Shown here piece after piece: positions 9,855 to 21,045 of a stretch of DNA of 64,000 nucleotides (positions are counted from its first letter, which is position 1; the number at the start of each line of letters is the position of its first letter). Both the position numbers and the translations under genes were made by a program. The DNA is from a virus. Lineage: Duplodnaviria; Caudoviricetes. The notes beneath the pieces were generated by a model. It was not told the DNA's origin, searched no databases, and saw only the letters and a program-made list of their open reading frames with translations. The stretch lies in the IMG/VR virus record IMGVR_UViG_3300030376_006611, positions 549 to 64,548 of that record. The stretch is one strand, 5' to 3'.

Positions 9855-11141
9855 ATGAACAAGTATTTCATTTTCCGTAGAGAGGAGGTTACTGAGGCTA
9901 GTATCACATCCTCGGATACAGGTGTTGGGATGAGCGTCTTTGCTGTACCAGCAGAGAGCGTATCGTACATGTCTGCGGAGAAGGGGAAGGTGTTCATCGT
10001 ATTTAACAACGCCACCCTGTATCAGGAGGCGAATCTCCGAGACGGAGAGTCCATCAAGAAGTCAGCTGTAACGATTGGTTGTCCAGTGGGTGAGGAGACT
10101 CAATTCATTGAGGACATAGCTGCGTTTATCACTGGTGAGACACAGAGAAACATCATGAGATTTGATGTTCTGTCTAACAAGTCTACATTTAAGCTCGCCG
10201 ATACGAAGGATGCAGATAGCATCACGCCAGTTATTAGCACTCGACCCATAAACATGCAGACTGGCAATATTAGTGGCCATACAGTTAGGCAGACAGAAGG
10301 GAGTGACAGTGTAATTGCTGGAATTGACTTCGGGGCCAACCAGCCCATTGTTGACTACAATCACACAGGTCTATCATCGTACTCTGACGGAACTGAAATC
10401 GCACATTCTGGTAACGGGTGGGACAATGGCGGATCTGGAGGGGCTACGTATGACATTAGTACAAACGTAGGAGCCCCTGTCGTTAGAGACCCAGCGTCAA
10501 ATGATAGGGGTCTTTCCGAGAAAGGCATTCAGTTCAATCAAGGCGACCACCTTATTGTTCCGACTCTCTCTGTTGAGCGCGACTACACGTTGTATTTCGT
10601 GTTCAGCACACAGTACACCGCCTCTAACTATAACCGTAACTTTAGTGTCTTGTATGGCGATGCGGCGGGGGAGACCTTGGGCCCAGGCGGTAGATTTCCA
10701 GACAGTGGGCCAGCAGATAAGGTAGCGCTAGATACAAATAGATTTTCGTTTAGGCACTCTGGCCAGACTGGTACAGTCGCAGAGGCCTTTGGAGATGGTA
10801 GGATTCTTGATGATCACGAAACCAACCCTTCATTTAATCCATGTCATGTGTTTGTCATCAGAAGAGATGAGAATAACAACATAATCGTTCACAACAGAGA
10901 CGGTGATGTAGAGGTTGTAATTCCTGCTGTTTCTATATCAAATGAGTCGCCACTCCCTTCTTCTACATCGGGATCGACCTTGGGAAATCTCAAAATTGAA
11001 CGCCTTGGAACTACCGCTGACCTTCCAGCAAACCATTTCCATAAGTCCGTTCTTGCTAGGTTCGGCGTTATAACAGAAGACATTGGCACTAACGAGTCAG
11101 CCAAACTCGCTAAGGAGCTATTTTCATTATATAAATCTTAA
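9855..11141 (+). CDS. Fibre/receptor-binding-like protein with C-terminal LamG/ConA-like region (start revised from 9792)
   Basis: The tracked N-terminus translates the terminator and promoter; MNKYFIFRR at 9855; DYTLYFVF and CHVFVIRR strands are LamG-like. Confidence 0.55.
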   Translation: MNKYFIFRREEVTEASITSSDTGVGMSVFAVPAESVSYMSAEKGKVFIVFNNATLYQEANLRDGESIKKSAVTIGCPVGEETQFIEDIAAFITGETQRNIMRFDVLSNKSTFKLADTKDADSITPVISTRPINMQTGNISGHTVRQTEGSDSVIAGIDFGANQPIVDYNHTGLSSYSDGTEIAHSGNGWDNGGSGGATYDISTNVGAPVVRDPASNDRGLSEKGIQFNQGDHLIVPTLSVERDYTLYFVFSTQYTASNYNRNFSVLYGDAAGETLGPGGRFPDSGPADKVALDTNRFSFRHSGQTGTVAEAFGDGRILDDHETNPSFNPCHVFVIRRDENNNIIVHNRDGDVEVVIPAVSISNESPLPSSTSGSTLGNLKIERLGTTADLPANHFHKSVLARFGVITEDIGTNESAKLAKELFSLYKS

Positions 11142-11152
11142 TTCATTTTACA

Positions 11153-11992
11153 ATGGCACAACAAACTAGACGGTCTCCTGGAAGACCTAAAAAGGTCCAG
11201 GCAGAAGAGATTCAGACTGCAGTATCTGAGGCACCAAAGCCAAAGAAGAAGTCTGTAATTAAGCGTAAAGAAAATCTCAAAACCACTGTTGAGTACGAGA
11301 TTGCGCGTGGCGGTGGCGTAGCTTACATGCTGCCTCAAAAAGGCGTTACTGTATTTGATAAGGACAACAATACTGTTCGGGAGGTTAGATACTGCCCCAA
11401 CGAGCCATCTATCTACGTTGACGAACAGAGTGACAACGCAATCAAGGAGTCGGTGGTTTTTAGAGAGGGTAGATTGTTTGTGGCTGAGAATAAGCCCAAT
11501 CTTAAGGCGTTCCTCGATAATCACCCATTCAATGTAGAAAACGGTGGTCATATCTTCAAGCTCGTAGACAAGAAGCGTGATGCAGAGGTTGAGCTTATGA
11601 AGGAGTTCAAGGCATCCGAGGCTATCGGTATGGTCAGAGACAAGGACATCAATGAGCTTCTCCCCATTGCTCTTTACTTCAAGGTCAACATCAATACGCC
11701 TACGTCAGAGATTAGATACAATCTCCTGAACATCGCAAAGAAAAAGCCACAGGAGTTTATTGAATCGTTCGACTCACCACAGGTGCAGGCGAGATCTGTT
11801 ATTCAACAGGCAAAGGATTACCAAATCATTGGCCTCAAGGAAGACAGATGCTTCTGGTTTGACAGCAAGACAATGATAGTGAGCGTGCCAGCGGGTCAAA
11901 ACCCAATGGACGTCATGGTTCGGTATTGCCTGACAGAGAAAGGAGCTTCGGTTCTAGCTGAGCTAGAGCAGCAGCTTGAGAAGCTTGCGTGA
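11153..11992 (+). CDS. Conserved morphogenesis-module protein (crAss-like gene-75-type by synteny)
   Basis: VRYCPNEPSIYVDEQ motif; position between capsid and ring genes. Confidence 0.5.
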   Translation: MAQQTRRSPGRPKKVQAEEIQTAVSEAPKPKKKSVIKRKENLKTTVEYEIARGGGVAYMLPQKGVTVFDKDNNTVREVRYCPNEPSIYVDEQSDNAIKESVVFREGRLFVAENKPNLKAFLDNHPFNVENGGHIFKLVDKKRDAEVELMKEFKASEAIGMVRDKDINELLPIALYFKVNINTPTSEIRYNLLNIAKKKPQEFIESFDSPQVQARSVIQQAKDYQIIGLKEDRCFWFDSKTMIVSVPAGQNPMDVMVRYCLTEKGASVLAELEQQLEKLA

Positions 11993-11998
11993 CAGATG

Positions 11999-12027
11999 GC
12001 CGCCCTTCGGGGCGGCTTTTTGTTTTT
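11999..12027 (+). terminator. Intrinsic terminator GCCGCCC-TTCG-GGGCGGC plus T tract
   Basis: Perfect 7-bp GC stem, UUCG loop. Confidence 0.85.
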
Positions 12028-12029
12028 CG

Positions 12030-12038
12030 TATATTTGC
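12030..12038 (+). promoter_or_regulatory. -7 promoter element TATATTTGC
   Basis: Between the terminator and the ATG at 12042. Confidence 0.7.
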
Positions 12039-12041
12039 CTT

Positions 12042-12839
12042 ATGATAAGCGTTATTGACGTATACAGAACCCTCGTTGATTATTGCAACAAGGATCAGAA
12101 GGGTTTTGTCACACCCTCAGTGTTTAATTCATTTGCGTCACTTGCCCAGAAGAAGATCTACAATTCGTTCTTCTCAGCCGTTGCTACGGCTAAGGGTGTG
12201 CGCTTGAACCAAACAGACGGTAGTAGGGAGTTCTCTACAAACAAGTACATCAAGGAGGACCTGTCTAGATACATCAAGAAGGTTCGCCTAGAGTCATATT
12301 ACATTGGGAGTCAGTACGGATACGACAGCCCCGCCGATGGCCCAGCCCCAGGCAATGATAATTATCAGATCGAGAACTCCTCTAGATTCAAAAAGCCAAA
12401 AGATTTGGGCAGGGTTATATCTGTGTCGAATCAATACAAAAACCTAGCTGAGCTTGTGTACAATGATGATGACATCAACAGTATACTGCGAAGCAATTTG
12501 TCTAGACCTAGCCAAAACTTCCCCGTTGCGTTGATTGGAAATCAAATTGAGTTGTTTCCCAAGAATGCAACTAATAACAATTTTACGCCCGAGATTATTA
12601 CGCTGTCTTATTATAGGCAACCTCGTTCTTGCTATGTGGTTGGAGACGGCGTGTTTTTATCTGGCGATATAGATGATACCAGCGATCCAGGATACGTAGA
12701 GAACGGGACTGTTCCAGACCCTTTAAACTGTCGAGATTTTGATCTTCCCGAGCACTACAAGGATGAGCTTATTGAGACCATTGCCGCATACATCGGGATC
12801 AGACTGAGAGATCCAATCCTTCAGAATAAACCACAGTAA
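12042..12839 (+). CDS. Tail ring/adaptor protein (start revised from 11976)
   Basis: MISVIDVYRTL...NKDQKGFVTP..FN motif; FDLPEHYKDELI C-terminus. Confidence 0.6.
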   Translation: MISVIDVYRTLVDYCNKDQKGFVTPSVFNSFASLAQKKIYNSFFSAVATAKGVRLNQTDGSREFSTNKYIKEDLSRYIKKVRLESYYIGSQYGYDSPADGPAPGNDNYQIENSSRFKKPKDLGRVISVSNQYKNLAELVYNDDDINSILRSNLSRPSQNFPVALIGNQIELFPKNATNNNFTPEIITLSYYRQPRSCYVVGDGVFLSGDIDDTSDPGYVENGTVPDPLNCRDFDLPEHYKDELIETIAAYIGIRLRDPILQNKPQ

Positions 12840-13723
12840 TGGCTGTATCTAGAGAAAACCACAACCAGGGTCACAACTACGTTTCGTTGAGAGAGGTTAT
12901 TGTGGACTATATGCTTACGATGGATGAGGATGATTATGCCTCATCTGCTACTGAGTACGCCATAAGAAACATGGCGCTTAGAGGTATCAGAGAGTTTGGG
13001 TTTGATGTTCAGCCAAGGGTGAGGTCTTTGAAGATAACCCTGGAGTCCAACAACACAATCGTTCTGCCCGACGATTTTGTCGACGTCATTAAAATTGGTA
13101 CTGTAGATGAGAACGGCATTGTTCGAGCTTTCGCCGAGAACAAAAACCTAAACATCTCTCAGATATACAATGACGATTCGAGCATTGTTAATCAAAGCGG
13201 GTTAAGTGGGCTGGATGATTCTGGCCAAGCCCGCAACAGAAGGGTTATCGTCGATAACAAGATTGAGAATAGAAAGGATGATCTCACAGCCACCAACTCA
13301 GAGGCAAACAACGAGGACATCGACTGGTACATCTTTGAGAACTACCTGTATCAGGGTAGTCTTGGCAGAATGTACGGTCTAGGCGGTGGTAAGCTGCGGG
13401 GGACATACCGCATCAACTACGATCAGAACAGGATTGAGATTGACTCTGAGGCTGGCGTTACAGAGGTTGTCATAGAGTACATCTCTGACGCCGCAAGGTC
13501 GACAGACCCTGTGATTCACGTATATGCTGAAGAGGCGCTTAGGGCGTTTATATACTACAAGATTGTGGAGCGCAAGAGCTCCGTCCCAGCTGGGGAAAAA
13601 CAGCGGGCTAGGCAGGAGTATTACAATGAGCGAAGAAAGGCTCGCGCTAGGCTCAGCAACTTCTCCAAGACGGAGGCCTTGAATGTAATTAGAAGGAACT
13701 TTAAGCTAGTCCCCAAGTACTAA
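12839..13723 (+). CDS. Tail tubular/ring protein
   Basis: RGIREFGFDV, LPDDFVDVIKIG and VVIEYISD motifs; synteny. Confidence 0.6.
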   Translation: MAVSRENHNQGHNYVSLREVIVDYMLTMDEDDYASSATEYAIRNMALRGIREFGFDVQPRVRSLKITLESNNTIVLPDDFVDVIKIGTVDENGIVRAFAENKNLNISQIYNDDSSIVNQSGLSGLDDSGQARNRRVIVDNKIENRKDDLTATNSEANNEDIDWYIFENYLYQGSLGRMYGLGGGKLRGTYRINYDQNRIEIDSEAGVTEVVIEYISDAARSTDPVIHVYAEEALRAFIYYKIVERKSSVPAGEKQRARQEYYNERRKARARLSNFSKTEALNVIRRNFKLVPKY

Positions 13724-16700
13724 TGATTGAAAAGAAAAGACCCAGGAAGCTCAACTCTTCGAAAGACTCAAGGGTACGGGGCGCAGATGAGATGTACGAT
13801 GCACTGAACGTGCAGGTGTCTTCTGATTACGATGGCGATGGATCTGATGAAGATGGAAACCCTGGCGGCAATGTCGGTGTTTTGAAGCCAGCCTATGGTA
13901 ATTCAGTAAATCAATACTTTGAACAATTTGCTGGACAGGAGTGGGTAAACGAATTTACCCCGAGAGTGGTTGGGAATGTCGTTGATAATGAAAACGACGT
14001 TATCTATTACTTCGTTTGGTCATTTACTGCCAAAGAGCAGGGTATTTACGCATACGATCCAAAAGGATTTCTCCCCATTTCGTCTAATAATGATCAGGCC
14101 ATAAAGGCTGTATATAAGTCGCCTATTTTCAACTTTCCGTCTGACGGGTTTGTAAAGGGTGACGTTGTTGTACTGCAGGACGAAAGTCAAAGCATCTCCT
14201 CCCGCCCTATCATATACTTTACAGATGGAGTCAATGAGCCAAGAAGCATCAATGTGCTTTTGGCGTATGATAGACTCAGGTCTAAGGTTAAGGTGTCAGA
14301 TGGTGGGGCCTCTGAATTGGGGGCGATGGTTGCTGACGACTATTTCGACATACAGGACTTCATCCACACATGCCCTAAAACACCAGTCCACCCCCCGAAG
14401 GCGTTTTTCCAGAACGATCCAAACAGCAGGACATCTAATTTTGAGGGTATTTCTGGGTATCAATTTGCATACCAGTACATATATGAGGGTGGCGAGGAGT
14501 CAGCCCTATCTACGTACTCAGATATCATTATCCCGCCAGCTTATATTCAGCAGGGGGCAAAGCCGTCTGCCAATCTCTCTCAGACCAATGAGTGCATTGT
14601 AAAGATACCCAGGGGGGCAGTTAAAGACGAGGCCGATACTGGCGAAGATGGGTTCCTTTTAGATGCATCTATCACTGCTGCAACTAGCCCATCCGATCTT
14701 ATCAATAGGTACATTCCTAAGAATGTCAAAGAGATTAGGCTTCTTGTCAGAGAGGGCAATACGGGCACATTTAGCATTATTGATACCATTCCATCTGGAG
14801 TAAACAGCAGCGTTACAAGCGATGCTGGGGTATTGGACCCTCGCGGTCTGTACACCGATCTTGTCTATACGTTTAGAAATGACAGGGTCAAGACTGGATT
14901 CCCTAAGTCAGAGGTAGACAAGCCGTTTGACAATGTGCCTCAACGTGCTGGCGCTCAAACAGTTGCATCAAATAGATTGATGTACGGTGACTATGTTACT
15001 GGATATGATAACGTAGATGTGTCTGCCAAGGCCACAATAACGTACAACTCAAGGCCAGAGGATTTTAAAATCATAGATATTACGGTCCGCCCTACCATTG
15101 ATTTGCTCAATCAAGGACTTCCTGTAAACAACAGGAAGGTGGGGATCTACTTTGACGTAGAGAACTTCCCTGCAGATAACATTGGACTGTCTGACAACAC
15201 CACCATTGACTTTACCATTACCGTTAGGCCCAAAAGAAATTGGCATATATACAATTCTGAGGGCTCATTTCATGGGTCTCGGCACATTGGTAACCTGTCG
15301 CCCAACCCCATCGAAGAGAGCGAAACTGAGAGTCCAGGGAACCCAAATACAAAAGTGGAACCTTATGAGGTTTCCCCAAACCTAGCCAGTGACGGCATTG
15401 ACGGCGTAGGGGGTGTAAATGGCGAGCCAGGGGGAGATGGCCGTACTGCATCCAGAACGAACGAGTTTTCAAATAGGGGGCTGAACAGCATGTGGGGGGC
15501 CAACGATGGTGTAACGGTTGGCGGCGTCAAGCCTAAGTGGAAAACGGTGGCATCCCAGTATGATGTTGATGTGAATGACAACGGCACGGTAGGTACGTCC
15601 CCTATTATTTCTGGAGATGAGGCTGAGGTGCCAGCTAGATACGGTACGTCAGCGGCCAATCCATTTATCCTTCGGGGGAGACCGCTTCTTTTTAGCGTAA
15701 GCATAAAGGTTAAGACTGATCTTAGCGGATCCAATTACAAACAGATACTCAGGGACTTTATCTCAAGGGCTATTACGTGGGATCAAGACAACGTCTCGCT
15801 TGCCGACCAGTTTAATGACCCACAATTTTATTACATCAACAACTCCGACTTCCCTGATGGGACGTCTCCTTATTTGGAGATTCTTGACATCAAGAATGAA
15901 TACTCTTACACTATTGATGAGGGGCTCGATGGTGGTTCCGCAAACAGCAGTGTACAGGACGTCACTGGCGGAGCCAATAGAATCAATGTAACAACAAAGG
16001 GGGACGATAGAAAGCACCTCATCATAGCTGTCGGTAATGGCAATGTTGTAAAAAAGGGTGCTACCTATTCTAGTCTGGCATATCTGCCCCCATGTGGCTA
16101 CTTCATTGTCAATAAGGCGACCCCTACATTTAGGCTGAAGTCTAGGGATAACTTGCCCAATACCTCCCTGTATGGGGTTCTTCAGTTAGACCTCAGAAGT
16201 CTTACAGATGTAGAGACCCTTACCTGCGTTCCATTTATCGACTCCGACCTGTGGCTCGATAAGGCCATGAAGATTAGGAACGACGATTCGGACAATGCAT
16301 CAAATAATCCCAGAGGCCCAGAAGATACCGTCTATTGGTGGACTGCTGGACTTTTTGAGGGTGGTAGATTTAGCGACCCCGACAACTGGGGGCTAAGAAA
16401 TGCTACAATTTGGCAGTTCCAGACCATGGTTGTAGACTCGTGGTACTGCTTTTCTAAGGAGTATCTCGTAAGAAATACAATGCCTGAGTTTTTGTTTACG
16501 CCGTTGTTTTCAGACTACAATCAGGTTGCAAATGGGTTTACGCTTGCCAGTGCCGAGTTGGTGGCGGATTTGAACGCGGGGGTGGAAGAAGACGACGACA
16601 ACTTCATCGAGGTTGGTGATGCTGTCGGGGAGCCAGGTGAGCTCCTCCCAGAGGTTACAAATGGGGGTGTGCTCAAAAATGCAGCCGTTGTGAAGCAGGA

Positions 16701-19700
16701 GTTTATTACAGACCGTATCCACTATAACGCCCTGGGGCTGGGTGGCGACTCCGATAGTAGACAAGGCACCCTGCACTTTAGGCACAATATGAGGCTTAGG
16801 GTTGGCGGAGATGGGTTTTACCCAGGCATTCAGCACGACGTACTTGAGTTCGGAGGCGGTAATGGCTCAGCTTACAGTTTGAATCTAACCGAAAACTACG
16901 AAAAGGGCAGGGCTAGAATTATTGGCTGGATCGACAGCGGCCTTGGCTATCAGGGAGACGAGGCTGGGGTTATATACAATACAGGCGATGTGAACACGTC
17001 GCCAAATACAAATTTCCCGTCTACGCCATGGGAGGGTGGGTTTACTATTCTCGACGGCGCGGGCGGCATAGGGGCCAACCCCTCAGGTGGTGAGGCAACC
17101 CTAAGGTATGACAAGGGACTCTCGTGCGCTATGGGCACTGTAAATGGCATGATGATCTTTACTGGATACATTGGGCCAAGAGAGACTGTTCTCCCCAGTA
17201 AGATCAAGGATGGTGCAAAGCCACCCCTTGACCTAACGGCAGACAGCTGGCCGTGGGAGGCTAGGTATGAGAACTACTTCAATAAGTTCGGTCAGGATTG
17301 CATGATGCCGTTCCTTGGTCAGTTTAACTACATTAAGCTAAGCGATGGCGGAGGATATTTTTGGCGTCCCGACGCCTTGGAAAGTATCACCTCTTGGCCA
17401 GCGAATGATGTTAACGCTCTGTACTACACAACACCGCTTGACTTGCCTGCAAGTGATGGGGGTCAGGTTGTGCTCAGCGAAGAGGATGGTGGATTTGCCA
17501 ATCACGATTGGAGGGACGATTACTTAGATCAGTTCTCAAAGAATCAGCCTAGTGTAGAAATTCTTGATGTCGGCGGTGGGACGGTTCTCGCTGATGAGAT
17601 TAGATCTGGCGGCAGGTCGTTCAAGACGCGAGCAAATCACTCGTTTGGCATTGTGTTCTATGACGAAAGAGGCAGGGCTGGTAGAGTTAATCCAATTTAC
17701 TTTGACACTGGCAGCTCTCTGTACGTTCAGGGGTACGCCGAGAGAGGTGGCGAAGACTCTGCTGGGAGGGTTAAAATTCAAATCACCCTTGATGATGTGG
17801 TTAACAGAATACCAGATTGGGCACGCCACTACCAAATTGTGTATGCGGGCAACTCTACGTATTCGAACTTTGTTCAGTACTCTACGGGGGGAGCCTTTGT
17901 AGCAAGCTTCAACGAGGGCGAGGCAGAGCAGGATAGCCAGAACATATATGTCTCTCTAAACTACCTTCAGGGCAACAAGGATGTTTCATACACTGAAGCA
18001 TTTGGTGCTGTATCTCCATCTGGCACTAAGCAGATGTATGTGCATACACCAGGCGACAAGCTTCGTGTTATATCATACTTCGTTTCAAATCCTATAGACG
18101 ATGATGGTCAGATTACTGGTAGAGAGTTCCCAGTAGATTATGAGTTCGAAATTGTTGGGGTAGAGACCCTGTCTGGCAATCCAGAGTCAAACCCTCTTAG
18201 ACGAGCGTTCTCTAGCTCCGAGGACTCAGCTGTCATGTCTGACGCCAAGACGGGACAGTTCCTTGTTTTAAAAAACAATCCATTTGCTGCAGGCTTTTCT
18301 TACGATGATGTCAAAAATGGAGAAAACGACCCATCAAGCAACAAGCACTTCTGGAACAATGTATGTGTGGTGGAGATAAACTCCCCATCTAAAGAGGTTG
18401 CCGATGATGAGCAAAGGCTTTACTATGAGATGGGTCGAGTATATGACGTTGGTATTTCTGATGGCACGATTATAAGCCCGAATGAGGCCGCCCCCATGGA
18501 AGAGGGGAGGCCCTACTATAAGACCAACCCTATACTCCTTGAGAAGGGAGATGTATGGTTTAGGAGGGTGCCTTTGGCTGTGGCCAAATTTGATACAGAT
18601 CCAGAATCAGAGACATTTGGCAGGTTCAGAAACCTTATCACATACGACAAGGACAATGAGGTTGGGAGCACACCTAGATTCCAAAATTACTTCCTTGAGA
18701 CAAAGGCGTTTAACGACACCTTCTCTGGAAATGACGTTCTCTCTAAGGGGAAGCCAAATATTATTGACGATGAGTTTGGGCAGAGCAGAAACAAAAGCTC
18801 TATCACCTTTTCGGACAAGCACGTATACAACAAGTCTAAACTTAGATTCTCTTCATTTAAGGAGCAGAGCTTCAAAGACTTCCCAGCCGAGCATGGCCCT
18901 ATTAGGTACTTGATGGACAATTACGATTCTATCGTAATGATTCAGGAGAGAAAGACCAGCGCCATACCTGTTGAAAGATCTATTCTTAGCACTGCCGACG
19001 GGTCTAATAGCTTGGTACAAAACAAAGAGCCTCTAGGCATTCAAAGCTTCTACGCTGGCGATTATGGATGTGACAAAAATCCAGAGTCGGTAATTAGAGC
19101 GGGAGGGGTAATCTACTTTGCATCTCCAAAATCTGCTGAAGTATACCGCCTCAGCACAAGCGGGGGTATTGAGGTTATATCAAGCCTAGGTCTTAAGTCG
19201 GAGTTTTATAAGACGTTTAGATACGTAGAGTCTACTGCTGACATCATCAACAAGGTATACGTGCCTACTGGATACGATCCCATCAATGACGAGTTCTTGA
19301 TTACCATAAGAACAGAGTCCTTCATTCCCGTAGATGCCCCCGTTGAGACACAGGGTAAGATCGGACCTGTTGTGGAGGATACTGGCGAGGACATATTTGG
19401 AGTCAATGTGGAGGCGATAAGTGGATGCACCAATTCTGCCTCAACAAATTATGAGTTGTTTGCCCTTGAGGATGACGACTCTTGCTTTGTGCTGGGGTGC
19501 GATGATAACACTGCCGTAAACTATGTGGCCCCTCCAGCTGATAACGTTAGGGTTGAGCAATGCACCCCAGACTCATCTGAGACTGTCGTAGACGGAGATA
19601 CTTATGAGAATCCATTCGATTGTGCGTGTAGGTACTTCAACCCGTGTATTTTCGATGCGTTCTCGCTTATACCCGACGGAAAGGTCACCTACAGTGATGT

Positions 19701-21027
19701 GACTGAGTTCAATGACTTTATCGTCGATGGGGCGACGTTTGTTGTCCCTAACATCGAGGCTGAATACTACCCTACTCACAACGTAGAGCTGTTTACGGAG
19801 GGTGCCATCAATCAGCTTGGCCTAGATTTTGTTTGGGCCGCCAATTTGGGTACGCTCCCACCCGCATCTCTCGCCCCAGGCGGAGAAGGGTTCTCCCTTG
19901 ATGAGACTGACGAATTTAGCACCCACGCCTACTATTTTGCAGTTGCCGCATATACCGAGGGCCCTTCTGTTGAGGCGATGAATGCTTATGACACACTTGT
20001 TAATAACAACCCACAGGCGGTGACGGGTGACAGCATTGAAAAAAGTTGGTCTGAGTCTCAGGACGTTGAGCTTAACTACGATACAGGGGTTTGGACGGAC
20101 GTTGAGTCGGGCAACCCTATTTGGCAGACGGCATGGTCCCAAGCCCCTAGCAAAAACTCCATAGAAACCTTCAACGGATCTAGCGATGCGTGTGAATATG
20201 TGGGCTGCACCGACCCCGATGCAATAAATTACGATCCGAGTGCAGTGATCAGCTGCAACGACGACACACCACCCCCAGTCGACTTTAGGTTGCTTGACCC
20301 AGACGGCGGGGGAGGAACTGGAATTGGTTGTGGGCCAAATCTTAACTCATGCACGGGCACCATTAGCGGATGCAATGAGTGTGTAGCCAACACGAGCAGC
20401 GATTGTGTAAGCGCCTGTTGCCCAGAGCCTATTGTTACGCACAGATTCTACTGCTTAGAGAATCAGCTTGATGCTACTTATGGGTACACTAATATTGATT
20501 CCACCGACGACACTTACGGGTTCATAAGCTATCTTATAAATGGGGTGCCAGATATATGGGAAAATATGGAATTTGCTGAACAGGGGAATGCGGCTGGGGC
20601 ACCTGCTGGCAGTCTTTACTACCCCTCCGACCCTCCAGCCCTCAAAGATGAAGCGGCGTTTTACTTTGGCAATAAGGAAGTGGACCCCCCGTATTCGGCA
20701 TGCCCACCAATGTTTATAAACTATGTGGTCGACGTCGATTGCGAGAATGACGTCTTCAACCCTGAGCCAAACACAGACTACTACTACTATATTGGCTGCT
20801 GTCAATATTTGTGCTCGCCTGTTAATGGATACGCTGCAACGGCTGATGGTACAATAGACACAAGCGTCAATCCTAGCGATGAAGAGGCGGATCAATTTGA
20901 AGGGGACTTTGACCTTGTCGATGGTAGACCTCCGTGCCAGCAGGGTCTATATCCCTCGGATGAGTACGCCAACGCCCCAAACCCAGATTTTGACTACAAC
21001 CCTAACGTAAGCGGTAACCAACCATAA
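13723..21027 (+). CDS. Tail stabilization/muzzle-like protein (2434 aa) with C-terminal Cys-rich extension
   Basis: IYFTDGVNEPRSIN, YQFAYQYIY, GNRLMYGDY-like and YAGDYGCDKNPES beta-propeller motifs; GCxDxxAxNY repeats after ~19400. Confidence 0.7.
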   Translation: MIEKKRPRKLNSSKDSRVRGADEMYDALNVQVSSDYDGDGSDEDGNPGGNVGVLKPAYGNSVNQYFEQFAGQEWVNEFTPRVVGNVVDNENDVIYYFVWSFTAKEQGIYAYDPKGFLPISSNNDQAIKAVYKSPIFNFPSDGFVKGDVVVLQDESQSISSRPIIYFTDGVNEPRSINVLLAYDRLRSKVKVSDGGASELGAMVADDYFDIQDFIHTCPKTPVHPPKAFFQNDPNSRTSNFEGISGYQFAYQYIYEGGEESALSTYSDIIIPPAYIQQGAKPSANLSQTNECIVKIPRGAVKDEADTGEDGFLLDASITAATSPSDLINRYIPKNVKEIRLLVREGNTGTFSIIDTIPSGVNSSVTSDAGVLDPRGLYTDLVYTFRNDRVKTGFPKSEVDKPFDNVPQRAGAQTVASNRLMYGDYVTGYDNVDVSAKATITYNSRPEDFKIIDITVRPTIDLLNQGLPVNNRKVGIYFDVENFPADNIGLSDNTTIDFTITVRPKRNWHIYNSEGSFHGSRHIGNLSPNPIEESETESPGNPNTKVEPYEVSPNLASDGIDGVGGVNGEPGGDGRTASRTNEFSNRGLNSMWGANDGVTVGGVKPKWKTVASQYDVDVNDNGTVGTSPIISGDEAEVPARYGTSAANPFILRGRPLLFSVSIKVKTDLSGSNYKQILRDFISRAITWDQDNVSLADQFNDPQFYYINNSDFPDGTSPYLEILDIKNEYSYTIDEGLDGGSANSSVQDVTGGANRINVTTKGDDRKHLIIAVGNGNVVKKGATYSSLAYLPPCGYFIVNKATPTFRLKSRDNLPNTSLYGVLQLDLRSLTDVETLTCVPFIDSDLWLDKAMKIRNDDSDNASNNPRGPEDTVYWWTAGLFEGGRFSDPDNWGLRNATIWQFQTMVVDSWYCFSKEYLVRNTMPEFLFTPLFSDYNQVANGFTLASAELVADLNAGVEEDDDNFIEVGDAVGEPGELLPEVTNGGVLKNAAVVKQEFITDRIHYNALGLGGDSDSRQGTLHFRHNMRLRVGGDGFYPGIQHDVLEFGGGNGSAYSLNLTENYEKGRARIIGWIDSGLGYQGDEAGVIYNTGDVNTSPNTNFPSTPWEGGFTILDGAGGIGANPSGGEATLRYDKGLSCAMGTVNGMMIFTGYIGPRETVLPSKIKDGAKPPLDLTADSWPWEARYENYFNKFGQDCMMPFLGQFNYIKLSDGGGYFWRPDALESITSWPANDVNALYYTTPLDLPASDGGQVVLSEEDGGFANHDWRDDYLDQFSKNQPSVEILDVGGGTVLADEIRSGGRSFKTRANHSFGIVFYDERGRAGRVNPIYFDTGSSLYVQGYAERGGEDSAGRVKIQITLDDVVNRIPDWARHYQIVYAGNSTYSNFVQYSTGGAFVASFNEGEAEQDSQNIYVSLNYLQGNKDVSYTEAFGAVSPSGTKQMYVHTPGDKLRVISYFVSNPIDDDGQITGREFPVDYEFEIVGVETLSGNPESNPLRRAFSSSEDSAVMSDAKTGQFLVLKNNPFAAGFSYDDVKNGENDPSSNKHFWNNVCVVEINSPSKEVADDEQRLYYEMGRVYDVGISDGTIISPNEAAPMEEGRPYYKTNPILLEKGDVWFRRVPLAVAKFDTDPESETFGRFRNLITYDKDNEVGSTPRFQNYFLETKAFNDTFSGNDVLSKGKPNIIDDEFGQSRNKSSITFSDKHVYNKSKLRFSSFKEQSFKDFPAEHGPIRYLMDNYDSIVMIQERKTSAIPVERSILSTADGSNSLVQNKEPLGIQSFYAGDYGCDKNPESVIRAGGVIYFASPKSAEVYRLSTSGGIEVISSLGLKSEFYKTFRYVESTADIINKVYVPTGYDPINDEFLITIRTESFIPVDAPVETQGKIGPVVEDTGEDIFGVNVEAISGCTNSASTNYELFALEDDDSCFVLGCDDNTAVNYVAPPADNVRVEQCTPDSSETVVDGDTYENPFDCACRYFNPCIFDAFSLIPDGKVTYSDVTEFNDFIVDGATFVVPNIEAEYYPTHNVELFTEGAINQLGLDFVWAANLGTLPPASLAPGGEGFSLDETDEFSTHAYYFAVAAYTEGPSVEAMNAYDTLVNNNPQAVTGDSIEKSWSESQDVELNYDTGVWTDVESGNPIWQTAWSQAPSKNSIETFNGSSDACEYVGCTDPDAINYDPSAVISCNDDTPPPVDFRLLDPDGGGGTGIGCGPNLNSCTGTISGCNECVANTSSDCVSACCPEPIVTHRFYCLENQLDATYGYTNIDSTDDTYGFISYLINGVPDIWENMEFAEQGNAAGAPAGSLYYPSDPPALKDEAAFYFGNKEVDPPYSACPPMFINYVVDVDCENDVFNPEPNTDYYYYIGCCQYLCSPVNGYAATADGTIDTSVNPSDEEADQFEGDFDLVDGRPPCQQGLYPSDEYANAPNPDFDYNPNVSGNQP

Positions 21028-21045
21028 GGCGGATAACATACACAG

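Noticed and set aside
3721-12909. Scattered TGTGGA hexamers in coding regions as further DnaA boxes
   Set aside because: They are partial matches inside genes with no positional relation to promoters, as expected by chance.
21025-21045. Programmed readthrough fusing the two muzzle ORFs
   Set aside because: Two in-frame TAA codons intervene and the downstream ORF has its own ATG with an A/C-rich leader.
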